64,000 nucleotides of DNA from a virus (lineage: Duplodnaviria > Heunggongvirae > Uroviricota > Caudoviricetes): IMG/VR virus record IMGVR_UViG_3300011187_000002; one strand, 5' to 3'. Made by a program: the position numbers and the translations under genes. The notes under the pieces are model-generated. The model was given only the letters and a program-made list of their open reading frames with translations, made no database searches and had not been told where the DNA came from. How positions within the stretch are numbered: the first letter of the stretch is position 1; each line of letters begins with the position of its first letter. Positions 53,801 through 62,369 of this stretch are shown one piece after another.

Positions 53801-55365
53801 CACACCGTGTGACTCGGCGGAATAGCATCTTCAACCGTCACTTTACGGGTTTCAGGATCAACGTCCACAACCCCTACCGGGCCATTAGCCATCGCCTCGG
53901 ATAGATTGTCTCCGTGGTATACTTTAACAAGATCGGCCCGGTGCGTGCTCACGCCTACCCGGCTGTTCGATACATTGCCAAAGAGCTTCGAGTCTAGAGA
54001 CGTGCTCCGTCCGTTACCCGTCGTAGGTACATTACCTAGTAGGACAGTCGTGTCGGAGGTCACAGCCGGGCTGACCGAACGATCTACAAATCGGCTGGTC
54101 TCTTCGAAATACATCCGGTTATCAACCAGCGATGCACTGATCTGAGTCTCGTCGAAAAACTCCGTGCCTGCCGTATGCAGGCCAGATTCGATCGTTGCCG
54201 CCGAACCCCAGAGAAGTCGACCGTTCTCGTCAACTACGTAATCGTTACCCTCGATATAATCGGTGCGTCCGGGGCTGATACCAACCTGTTGGACTTTCCG
54301 AATTCCCGTATTGGGGAGGTAATCGAAAGTGTCTTGCCACGTGTTGTGGAAATACTCAACGGAAACGACGGCCCCTACAATCGGAGCCTGCTTGAGCGTG
54401 ACCGCTCCGTTAGTTCCATCAACCTCTTCGGGCACTACTTGGTTGCCGTCTACCTTGACCACAACATCGGAAGGATCCGTCGTGATGATCCCGCCGTTAT
54501 CGCCCGTAACAATCGGAGCCTGATAGACGTAAAAGGTACGGTTGCGCGTGGTTTTTTGACCAGCACCAAAACCAAGAACCGAGTTAGCTGTTCCCGAAAG
54601 GATCTCAATCGACCCTTGGGCTTCCAACTGAATTCGGTTATTGCCTTCGTTGTCCGCAGCTACACTGGCGGTAAGACCTACAATGCCCGCAGCGTTAATG
54701 TCGTTGACCACATTGTTGGCGCTCTGAGTCGCACCTGTCGTGAGGGTCACACTTGCGTCTGCACCGTCCACGTTGAGATTCAGGACGTTAGCCCCGGATA
54801 GAATCTCATAGTCTTCGACTTGCGACGAAAGGAGGATTGCGGACTCTTCAGCCACCTGACCCGAAAGGTCATCGGTGAACTTCGTGTCGGTACGGTTGAA
54901 GAAATACGTAACACGCACATCTTCACCGGTCTGTGGCGGCACTTGCAAGGTGATAACACCCCGCGCACCGTCTACAGCAGCAGGCGACACGAGATCGCCA
55001 TCTACGGTTACTGTGATATCGGAAGTATCACTCGTCACTAACCCTTGCCCATTACCCGATACAATCGGATAATTCTGGACACGAAACTTGACTTCACTGC
55101 CAGTCTTCGCACCCAAAACAGGGTTATCAGGGTTAGCATTGTCGAGGATGAACCTGTCGTTCACGTCCTCATTGACAATACGTTGATCTACCGATGCCGA
55201 AGAACCACGCACCAGCTCAAAGTCGTCTTGGGATAGAGTCTCCCGACCGACACCAATAAGAACCGGAATCCGGTTCCCCGTTGGAGGGCCTGACGAACCT
55301 TGCTGAGTTTGTGTTTTTGTGTATACTCCGGGTGGAGCGTAACTATCGAATGGTCCAAATGCCAC
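50812..55365 (-). CDS. tail sheath-like structural protein with multiple inserted repeat domains
   Basis: ORF-track GTG start trimmed to second GTG with TGAGG Shine-Dalgarno; N-terminal MAFGPFDSYAPPGVYTKTQ resembles sheath ...PGVY..E start; C-terminal ...VLRVSAFYAPIFPLKYIPITYTIGS; about 60-aa repeats (VTLT.G...A..I...IN...... GTAN.VLGF) recur at least 5 times. Confidence 0.5.
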   Translation of the reverse strand: MAFGPFDSYAPPGVYTKTQTQQGSSGPPTGNRIPVLIGVGRETLSQDDFELVRGSSASVDQRIVNEDVNDRFILDNANPDNPVLGAKTGSEVKFRVQNYPIVSGNGQGLVTSDTSDITVTVDGDLVSPAAVDGARGVITLQVPPQTGEDVRVTYFFNRTDTKFTDDLSGQVAEESAILLSSQVEDYEILSGANVLNLNVDGADASVTLTTGATQSANNVVNDINAAGIVGLTASVAADNEGNNRIQLEAQGSIEILSGTANSVLGFGAGQKTTRNRTFYVYQAPIVTGDNGGIITTDPSDVVVKVDGNQVVPEEVDGTNGAVTLKQAPIVGAVVSVEYFHNTWQDTFDYLPNTGIRKVQQVGISPGRTDYIEGNDYVVDENGRLLWGSAATIESGLHTAGTEFFDETQISASLVDNRMYFEETSRFVDRSVSPAVTSDTTVLLGNVPTTGNGRSTSLDSKLFGNVSNSRVGVSTHRADLVKVYHGDNLSEAMANGPVGVVDVDPETRKVTVEDAIPPSHTVWATYWYNQLQDDELTFEVLSQSTATTPGQYSVYSSRRGEQLFGVDFGTTGVNETIQWPSGVETNPDAFIAGADGVDETVTVTFKEIGAEPAVFTNYAADPYSLYADASDTLYVDVDGNSLTVDLNQSAFGVTVSDGHDDGSTYDIVATENDVFEFEVDGTDYSVTLTAGLGRTGADIAEDIWRSVPTDATITGTSTESFAFTDASDDLFDFDMNGTPVNVDFGTLTGQTAAQLATLINTEITNANLTVGDPAVVGNDGHAVDDGSGKVQLLASESLTIGTGTANPVLGFTNGDSHENILVASYRDSGADDERFLLRSKVSPSGPADASHIRVQDGNANGTLGFTDFQYAEGTEKAVNKGATLLSGAISASDLASLNSASTADFVVAVNGTEHTVDLSSLASVSAIQTALDAALTDATVAVEDTDKIRITSNLDTNQSRIEVRAGTANQYVGFSEGDSASQRRVEAHEIAAVLNSQASDWYSPTAATEYIASAFADTFVKPGEGTYLRLTTFAEGSTASFTFGTGTDSALNDTGIGIEAGDSVAGTDARDGFDVASSATNGSTGEGVVGQTYQDSNTGLRFTILEAGTGDYTDGQSFTLNVSDTFTTGFSKVVKAVPGTEVRVDNTTDIGVGDTAVVTTYNKSGAEPGIGDFYYISYEYEKTDFSTRLFTRFRDIQRNYGKLSAENPLTLASYLAVLNGAVIVGCKQVLKTPGFSQAPTAAFMDALEELKKPLASGITPDLLVPLTTDPDVMGAYVNHSEIQSSQRFRQERRCIFGVASGTRPEDAANIAKSLKSGRSILVYPDSAIVTLTNELGEDESFIVDGTYVAAALAGVLVSPQFDVATPLTRRRLVGFRRLNRSLDEIEKNQLAVGGVTVLEDRGSFLQVRDGLTTDVTNRFTSTPSIVAIKDHVQQQARKSLDRFIGLKFLTSRAQDVELALSGLLNTLMEQQIIVDFKGVRAEPDPNDPTVLRVSAFYAPIFPLKYIPITYTIGSANSL

Positions 55366-55437
55366 GACGAACCTCACTTATCGCTTAAATGATATGCGAT
55401 CAACCACTGAAGGCAAATATCAATAAAATACCGGGCG

Positions 55438-55875
55438 TCACTGATCAGACGATTCCGATTCACGTTTCTTGTGCTCTCGGATTACCCGATCATTCTCTTT
55501 ATGAAGACGCTGGAACCGTTGCACGTCCTTGTTGGGCATCGGTTCGTAATTGCCTTCCGAGTTGAGACGAAGCGGTACTTGACCTTCGTCTCCGTATTCT
55601 CGTTGAACTTTTCTTTTTCGACTAGTGCGATCCTTAACGTGTTCCCACCTAACTTCCGCATCCCGACCAATTCGCTTATCATGATCTCGGTCAAGCGAAT
55701 CAACCCCGGTGTTTCCCGGAACTTTTCCGTCTCCGAAAGCAAAACCAAAGTCAGAAATCAACCGTTCAGCCTCGGCCCCACAAGAGGAGCACGAAAGCGT
55801 TTTGGGGGGCTCTTTTCTAAAGAGCTTTTCTTGGCGGAGTCCGCAAGAATCACAACCATACTCAAATACTGCCAT
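55438..55875 (-). CDS. FmdB-family zinc-ribbon protein
   Basis: MAVFEYGCDSCGLRQEKLFRK...LSCSSCGAEAERL matches MP.YEYRC..CG..FE.....CP.CG. Confidence 0.55.
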   Translation of the reverse strand: MAVFEYGCDSCGLRQEKLFRKEPPKTLSCSSCGAEAERLISDFGFAFGDGKVPGNTGVDSLDRDHDKRIGRDAEVRWEHVKDRTSRKRKVQREYGDEGQVPLRLNSEGNYEPMPNKDVQRFQRLHKENDRVIREHKKRESESSDQ

Positions 55876-55912
55876 AAGGACCCTCTACTAACCGATACGG
55901 TATATAAACACT

Positions 55913-57709
55913 TTAGCGGATCTTCTCTAAATCACCCTTGGAATCTACCACGTATACCAAACCGAACCCGTTGAGGTTGTTTTCCCCACGTGAGTCCATG
56001 TTATCGGGCCTTTCAAGAAGGATCCCATCGTCAGCTACGGCCCCTCTTGCATCTTGATCAAAGGATTCTGGAGTGATTCTCTTAATAAAGAGCGGCTTCG
56101 CTATGTAAATCTCCCAATCGGTCATAAGGGAAAGTGAGATATTGGCGAGGTAGTAATAGTCGTCACCCGTATCGTCATAAGGCTCTTCGGACTCGCCACC
56201 AAACGACACACTGTTCAGGATGAGGCCCTCTTCGGCCAACCGTTCACGTCGCCATTGCCAGAGGTACATAACTACAAGATCAGCCAACTCGCCCCGCGTC
56301 ATTGAATCACGAGCAATGATATCGAAATCAATCGACATATCGATCTTGCCCCCATACACATCCGCCACATCCGAACGTTTCTCTTCGACAACGACGGCCA
56401 TCGCATCACCGCCCTCTAGCTCTTTTCCGAAAGCCAAAACGACGCCGGGGATCGCTTCATTATTCGAAACCTCCCCGCCACCAATATAATAAGGCCCCCG
56501 AGAAGCAACGGGATAACGATAGTCCGCAATGACCTGTGTTCCCGGCGTAAAGGAACGAAGGAAAGTTATTTCGCCAGTGGAAGCGTCAAGAGTGTAATCC
56601 CCTGCGTCTTCCGTACCCACTGCAAGCGAAGTCACAGCGAACCCGTTCTCAAGCTCTAAGGCAATATCTTCAACGGGGCGTGTGCCTTCCCTCAGATCGT
56701 ATTCGATAGCCGTACCATCCACTTCCAGACGAATGGTGGAACCCTTCGGCACATGGGGCTGAACCATGAGGCCCGTTACTTCCGGTGCTACATACCCGGA
56801 GGTAAAACCAAGCGTTGGGTTGGCTGTGCTGGTTGCATCATCCTCGATGCGCAAACTCTGGGAGGCCGTGATCTCAACCGCATTTGAAACGACGTCTACC
56901 GAATAGAGCGTCCCGTCCAAACCCGTAGCTACGATAGCCGCTTCGATTTCATCCGCCACATCGGCTGCCCCAAAGTTGCCCGCCGTCAGTGTTACGGAGA
57001 CAGACATGCCGTTGATCTCGAAAGCAAAGACGTCGTTGGAACCGCTGATAATCGTGTAGGGCTGTGTATTCGATCCCTTAACCGACACTGGCACATAGCC
57101 TTCGTCGAACCCGAAAAGGATGTTCGTGTTTCCGCCGCCGATGTACAGCGATTGGGCCGCTGTAAGGCGTAGGGCTTTCCCTGTGTGGAGCAAATGGTCG
57201 GGGTAAGCATAGAGGCGGACGCTACCCTCCAGCACCGGAGCATACGCTAGGATAGCCGACGTCTCGGTTCCGGTTTGAAACTCAATGATCGGTTCCTCTA
57301 GAACCGAAAGGAGGGGGTCCACCCAAAACTGAAATTCAGGTACATCACCCGTTGGGGTAATGTCTTCGATCTGGACATAATAGACGCCCGGCTCGGAGGG
57401 GAAATTACCACCATACTCTTCGACGGCGGCAGTGTCCTCACGTACCCATTCAAGGGCGGTACCCCGGTGGTCGTCTACTTTAGCCAACATGATGTACGAA
57501 TACATCGTGCCGATGTAATTGTCGGCGGCCAGTGACATGGGGTTGGCGCTGGCGCTCTGTAGAACGATCCCCTTCTGGGGACGCTCTGAAAACTCATACT
57601 TTTCCCGAATGTGCTTGACAACATCCCGATGCCGTGGGTTTGCATCGAAGCAAAACCTGAGCGTCTCCATAAGACGCTTTTTCACGGCACGTGATAGATA
57701 GTGATACAT
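55913..57709 (-). CDS. virion structural protein sharing repeat modules with the sheath-like protein
   Basis: 598 aa; repeats FEINGMSVSVTLTAGNFGAADVADEIEAAI... and ...TANPTLGFTSGYV as in sheath gene. Confidence 0.5.
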   Translation of the reverse strand: MYHYLSRAVKKRLMETLRFCFDANPRHRDVVKHIREKYEFSERPQKGIVLQSASANPMSLAADNYIGTMYSYIMLAKVDDHRGTALEWVREDTAAVEEYGGNFPSEPGVYYVQIEDITPTGDVPEFQFWVDPLLSVLEEPIIEFQTGTETSAILAYAPVLEGSVRLYAYPDHLLHTGKALRLTAAQSLYIGGGNTNILFGFDEGYVPVSVKGSNTQPYTIISGSNDVFAFEINGMSVSVTLTAGNFGAADVADEIEAAIVATGLDGTLYSVDVVSNAVEITASQSLRIEDDATSTANPTLGFTSGYVAPEVTGLMVQPHVPKGSTIRLEVDGTAIEYDLREGTRPVEDIALELENGFAVTSLAVGTEDAGDYTLDASTGEITFLRSFTPGTQVIADYRYPVASRGPYYIGGGEVSNNEAIPGVVLAFGKELEGGDAMAVVVEEKRSDVADVYGGKIDMSIDFDIIARDSMTRGELADLVVMYLWQWRRERLAEEGLILNSVSFGGESEEPYDDTGDDYYYLANISLSLMTDWEIYIAKPLFIKRITPESFDQDARGAVADDGILLERPDNMDSRGENNLNGFGLVYVVDSKGDLEKIR

Positions 57710-57759
57710 AGCACATCGGCAATATTAGGGTGTCCATTAACTGCCCCCACGAATTCGCT

Positions 57760-58185
57760 TTAAGCTACGAAATCATGGAGATCGTACATCTGGATGATAT
57801 CTTCCACCGCTTTCTCAAGGAGGCGCTTGTCAAGGCCCTGTGCGAACTCGTCAGCCAATTTATCGGTGTCCCGGAAATGGCGTTCAAATTTGCGCAAAAG
57901 AGTACCCGCCCGATCACGAGACTCGACCTCTACGGGAAGATCCCACATACGGGCGATTTGTTCGAACTGCTCACGACTTTCACGGTCCCCCACGTATCCC
58001 ATCAAATTGCTGAGAGCTTCTGTGGCACCGAGCATTTCCCGGACTTGCGACCACTTGCCCCACGGCCCTGATCGGTAGGCTTCACGGGTATTACTTTCCA
58101 GTGCCTTGAGGATAGGTTGGAGGTGTGTGCGAAGCCCCTTTTTCTTGTTCCCCAACTTGATCAACTGGTCTTTAAGGTCGGTCAT
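57760..58185 (-). CDS. hypothetical protein, 'DLKDQLIKLG' head-module paralog
   Basis: 141 aa; MTDLKDQLIKLGNKKKGLRTHLQPILKALE. Confidence 0.5.
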   Translation of the reverse strand: MTDLKDQLIKLGNKKKGLRTHLQPILKALESNTREAYRSGPWGKWSQVREMLGATEALSNLMGYVGDRESREQFEQIARMWDLPVEVESRDRAGTLLRKFERHFRDTDKLADEFAQGLDKRLLEKAVEDIIQMYDLHDFVA

Positions 58186-58215
58186 AAGATACTCTCACAC
58201 GGTTAGAGGGATTAA

Positions 58216-60489
58216 TTAAACATATTCTTGCATGGATTGGACCAACAGTCCCTGAGCCACGGAGGTCATGGGGTCGTCGGCTTGTCGAATTTCACTGATC
58301 TCAATTGGAAAACGCTTGCGCTGTTTTTCGAATACTTCCTTGAACAAGTCGAGGAATCCACCGGCCAACGATGTTCCCCCGGACACGATGATGGGGATAG
58401 CTTCTTTGAGTTCCGTGTCATTCTGTGTGTTCTTGAACTGCTTGCCGATATTGTCGAGGGCGTATTTGATCAGTGACTTGTAATAGACAACCAGCGCTTC
58501 CTCTTCGCGGCTTTGAGGGTTCGTGAGGTCTATCCCTTTCTCTTTGATGGAACAGAGGCGGGAAGCGGTCGAACCCACAGCCTTCGAAGCGTTCTGGTCA
58601 ATCCAGTCGCCGCAGTTGTGTACGACAGCACCCCACGTCGCGAAAGCATGATGGGATTCTCCAATGGAAATATCATACACATCATCGTCATAGGGGATAG
58701 TCTCAACGGAAAGCACTTTCCTTTCCGCAAAATGCCCAGAGGGGTACCGCAAAGAGTTGCCCTCCTTGGAAATAAGGGCTCCCAACACGGAAACCGCTAC
58801 CGCATCTCTGATACGAACTGTGTAAGAATCCTTACGGCCCTCGATCTGAACTCCTCTTGAGTTTACACCACCTTGCCTTGGATCTCGTTTCTCGATTGTA
58901 TGCCAGATGCCAAATCTATTCAGAAGGTGACTCATGCTGCGGACAAGAGTCTCAGACGTGTTATAAAACTCGAAACCTTTTTCCGTCCGTGACCCGTCAC
59001 TATCTAATAGACCCTCTAGTACCCCTACTGCCATCTGATCGGGAATTTCGTGTACAGGAAGCGGGAGGATCTTATCCCCCACCCCATTATAACATTTACT
59101 CTTGAGATGGTCTGCAATCTTATGGTATTCAAGGTTGATAAGATCCATTTCAACCTCAGTCCTAGACACCACAGATGGAAACCGACCAAAGAGGTCGTTA
59201 ATAACATCTTGGTATTTCTGGACCAGTTGTGCATCCTTCCGGTTAAACGCCAAACGAACTCGACCCCCAGAATTGCCCTGTCCGTTCTTATAAAGACAGG
59301 TGCTGCCATCCCCTAAGAACATCCCCAAAAATCTACCCAAGTTGCGAGACTTCGTAACCGTGACATTTTGACCATCTTCCCGGCAAAAATAGTACGAGCT
59401 GTGGTTCCCACGGTAGGGGATACGAGGTACCCCTACGATGTCCCCCTCCCGAGCATCCTGTGCTGCTACCCACTCCCACTGAGCGCCACGGCGAACACTA
59501 ATTTTGTGATCACCTGTAACATCAACCGGTGCAAAGGGCAGACCTTCTAGTTGGAGTTGATAAAGTTCTTCACGATGCCCGTTGTTAAATACTTCTAGGA
59601 CTTCGGTATATGCTCCGTCCTGACCTAATACCAAGTCACCGGGTCGGATTCCCGAAACTGGTTTCATACCAGAAGGCGTATCAATCGGGAAATCTTTAGA
59701 CAGGCATCGGGCCAACGAAAACTCCATGATCGGCATGGTCATGTACGAAAGGGCGCAGTTGACCATCCCGGAACCGAAGCTAATGCCGATTCCGCTAAAA
59801 TTGTCGCTAGCGCATTCCGAATAAATGATCGCCATCGCCTCGTTGCCCGAAATAGGGTCGTATCCTAGCTCGTCGAGGATCTTTGCGAACACAGCCTCGT
59901 GGTACACGACGTCTTGACCCGGCATATCCAGAGGGGCTGCAGGGATCGAATAGTAGCAAACTTCACCCTCCTCTTGGGGCTTGCCTACCACCTGTTCGAT
60001 CAAAATCGACAGGACTTCGAGCGCATCAATTTCCGAAGAGGAAATCAGACCCTGTGACAAGGGACGCCGAGCTTCCCGCTTAAACAGGTTGGCTGTTTCG
60101 ATTGCGGGGTCGCCCAAAATCAGAATGCGATCATCATATTCGATGAAACTAACACCCGACAGCTTGAGCATCTTCTTGGCGTCGATATCGAGGTCAAGGA
60201 AAGCATCACGCACACGTTTCGTCTCAACCGACGTACCGATCTTACGAGCGGACACAAGGTTCATCGTACCAATGTCCAACCCGATACCCATCTCTGGCTT
60301 TTTATCTTCACTCATATCGTCACTCCGATTTTCACTTGACTCCAAAGGTTTATCCAAACCGTACTCCTTTGCCCGTTTACTAATCGTGGATGCGCTGCAC
60401 CCATACTTGTCGGCAATATCAGCATACGACAAACCGGCTTCGAGGTGATATCGAAGGTCGTCACGTGGTATGTCTATGCGCTTTGCCAT
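58216..60489 (-). CDS. actin-like (MreB/ParM-fold) ATPase with N-terminal HTH, interrupted by an intein
   Basis: phosphate-1 MGIGLDIGTMNLVSAR, phosphate-2 GIGISFGSGMVNCAL, adenosine motif PIIVSGGTSLAGGFLDLF; N-terminal HTH LSYADIADKYGCSASTISKRAKEYGL; 364-aa intein inside. Confidence 0.65.
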   Translation of the reverse strand: MAKRIDIPRDDLRYHLEAGLSYADIADKYGCSASTISKRAKEYGLDKPLESSENRSDDMSEDKKPEMGIGLDIGTMNLVSARKIGTSVETKRVRDAFLDLDIDAKKMLKLSGVSFIEYDDRILILGDPAIETANLFKREARRPLSQGLISSSEIDALEVLSILIEQVVGKPQEEGEVCYYSIPAAPLDMPGQDVVYHEAVFAKILDELGYDPISGNEAMAIIYSECASDNFSGIGISFGSGMVNCALSYMTMPIMEFSLARCLSKDFPIDTPSGMKPVSGIRPGDLVLGQDGAYTEVLEVFNNGHREELYQLQLEGLPFAPVDVTGDHKISVRRGAQWEWVAAQDAREGDIVGVPRIPYRGNHSSYYFCREDGQNVTVTKSRNLGRFLGMFLGDGSTCLYKNGQGNSGGRVRLAFNRKDAQLVQKYQDVINDLFGRFPSVVSRTEVEMDLINLEYHKIADHLKSKCYNGVGDKILPLPVHEIPDQMAVGVLEGLLDSDGSRTEKGFEFYNTSETLVRSMSHLLNRFGIWHTIEKRDPRQGGVNSRGVQIEGRKDSYTVRIRDAVAVSVLGALISKEGNSLRYPSGHFAERKVLSVETIPYDDDVYDISIGESHHAFATWGAVVHNCGDWIDQNASKAVGSTASRLCSIKEKGIDLTNPQSREEEALVVYYKSLIKYALDNIGKQFKNTQNDTELKEAIPIIVSGGTSLAGGFLDLFKEVFEKQRKRFPIEISEIRQADDPMTSVAQGLLVQSMQEYV
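58615..59706 (-). mobile_element. intein with LAGLIDADG homing-endonuclease domain (aa 262-625 of host protein)
   Basis: starts C (FSLAR|CLSKDFPIDT), block B VTGDHKIS, LAGLIDADG blocks LGMFLGDGS and GLLDSDGS, ends GAVVHN|C. Confidence 0.7.
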
Positions 60490-60495
60490 GATTGG

Positions 60496-60867
60496 TTAAA
60501 AGTTGACCGGGGTCTTGATACCTAGAAGGTCCGCAATCTTAGCTACCTGATTGCGCAACATGTTCGCATCGCTAGGCGGGCGTCCCAGCATATTGTTGAG
60601 CCTGTTGAACGCTTTCTCTTCGCCACCGTCCAACTGAAGCCGATCGGAAAAATGCTTAAAAATGTCTTTGAGCATATCCGCCGTCTGTTCATCCCCACCC
60701 TTACGAGCCTGTGATCTGAGCTTCCCAGAAGCGCGGAGATCCACGATATCCCGCATCAGATTGAGTTTGGATGTTCGCTGTAGTTCGGCCAAAACCGGAC
60801 GGATATGTGGGCGAAGTTCCGGGTTGGTGGACCCGAGGCGAATGAGTTGATCTTTAAGGTCTGCCAT
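60496..60867 (-). CDS. hypothetical protein, 'DLKDQLIKLG' head-module paralog
   Basis: 123 aa; MADLKDQLIRLGSTNPELRPHIRPVLAELQ. Confidence 0.5.
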   Translation of the reverse strand: MADLKDQLIRLGSTNPELRPHIRPVLAELQRTSKLNLMRDIVDLRASGKLRSQARKGGDEQTADMLKDIFKHFSDRLQLDGGEEKAFNRLNNMLGRPPSDANMLRNQVAKIADLLGIKTPVNF

Positions 60868-60935
60868 CGGCGCAGCTCCGTATATGATTTAGGTACAGAT
60901 AGGCGTCACAGTAAACGGAGCATATAAGTAGATTC

Positions 60936-62369
60936 TCACCGCTTGCGATACAGAACCTTGACTGCTTCGGTAAGGTTCCGAGGGCTTTTCCGCAGGCCCG
61001 GCTGCCGAAGCAAAACGTCGCGAGCCACTTCCATGAGGTTGCGGATTTCCCGGCCTTGGAGGTCAAATTCACCAATCAACGCTTGGGTATCCATCTGGCG
61101 GCCCGGCTGTTTCAGGAGGTCAACGAACTTGTCCGCCTCCCGTGCTTCCATCTCTAGGGCAACCGTGCGCAACCGGGCCATCTGAGCGTCGTCTAGGAAA
61201 CGAAGCCGTGTGTTCAACGGGAGGCCGATATCCATCATGTCGAAAAGGAACAGGACCTTCGCATCCCGACCCGCCCAATTCACAAGGGTTTTACGGAAAG
61301 GCTTATTGCTTTCGAGCATCTCTTTGACCACATCGAGCAGGCCCAGATTCTTGAGCACTTTCAGGGTGGTCTTCGACTGGCTCATCTGTAAAATGTCATT
61401 GACGAGGATCTCGCTAATGGCATTTTGCGGGGCCTTCTTGAGCTTATCAGCGTTTCGACGAATAGCCTTGGCGACAGGTGGATCAATCTTGAAGCCGTAC
61501 TTGACCAAGAACTTCACCGCCCGCAACATCCGGGTGGGGTCATCCGAAAATGTCTTGTCCGGGTCGCTAGGACACTTCATAACGCCTTCTTGAAGGTCAT
61601 CCACGCCACAACCCGTGAGGTCAATAATCTCTGCCTTATCCGGCCCGTGAGCAAGCTCTGAGAGCTGCCACAGCAACGTATTGAACGTGAACTCACGCCG
61701 TTTGATATCCTCTTCGATAGTCGAAGGCTCTACCATGTGTGGCTTGTATCCTTTCCCCTCGTCACCGCCGTAGGACTCTTTGCGGGCATTGGCGATTTCG
61801 ATAACTTCGCCTTGGAGGTCCGCGCCGTCCACTACCCACGATTCATTGACGGACAGGATAGCTACGCCGTACTGATTCGTCTGGAGGCTGGTCTTAGCCG
61901 GAATCGCCCCCTGTAACTTCTTGGCGAACCATGCCGAGTCCTTTCCCCCAAGCGCTACCGAATCTATCACGACGTCGATATCTTTGATGGGCCGGTCGAT
62001 GATGAAATTGCGCACAGCACCGCCTACTACATATACGTGTTCCCCAACCCCTAGCCGCTTGGCGACTTTGGATAGAAACCGCATCAGGGCGATCGACTGT
62101 TCATGTGCTTGTTCGGAAATCACGGTACGTCTCGAAGCTAAACGGGTCTGTTCCCGGTAAAAGAACGACCCATCACGGAACGTTAAATCACCCATGTTAA
62201 CGAGGGATTCGATAATATCCCCCATCAGGTCAGGTGCATCGGTCATAGCTTCTACCAAATCATCATATTGGTTGAAAGCCTGTTCCATAACATTCGATGC
62301 GGTACGATTACGTCCCGAGGCTAGAGATAGGAGGTAGCGTCGTGCGACCTTTTTAGATAGATCAATCAT
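60936..62369 (-). CDS. class II tRNA nucleotidyltransferase (CCA-adding enzyme / poly(A) polymerase family)
   Basis: 477 aa; motif A VYVVGGAVRNFIIDRPIKDIDVVI, motif B DIKRREFTFNTL. Confidence 0.7.
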   Translation of the reverse strand: MIDLSKKVARRYLLSLASGRNRTASNVMEQAFNQYDDLVEAMTDAPDLMGDIIESLVNMGDLTFRDGSFFYREQTRLASRRTVISEQAHEQSIALMRFLSKVAKRLGVGEHVYVVGGAVRNFIIDRPIKDIDVVIDSVALGGKDSAWFAKKLQGAIPAKTSLQTNQYGVAILSVNESWVVDGADLQGEVIEIANARKESYGGDEGKGYKPHMVEPSTIEEDIKRREFTFNTLLWQLSELAHGPDKAEIIDLTGCGVDDLQEGVMKCPSDPDKTFSDDPTRMLRAVKFLVKYGFKIDPPVAKAIRRNADKLKKAPQNAISEILVNDILQMSQSKTTLKVLKNLGLLDVVKEMLESNKPFRKTLVNWAGRDAKVLFLFDMMDIGLPLNTRLRFLDDAQMARLRTVALEMEAREADKFVDLLKQPGRQMDTQALIGEFDLQGREIRNLMEVARDVLLRQPGLRKSPRNLTEAVKVLYRKR

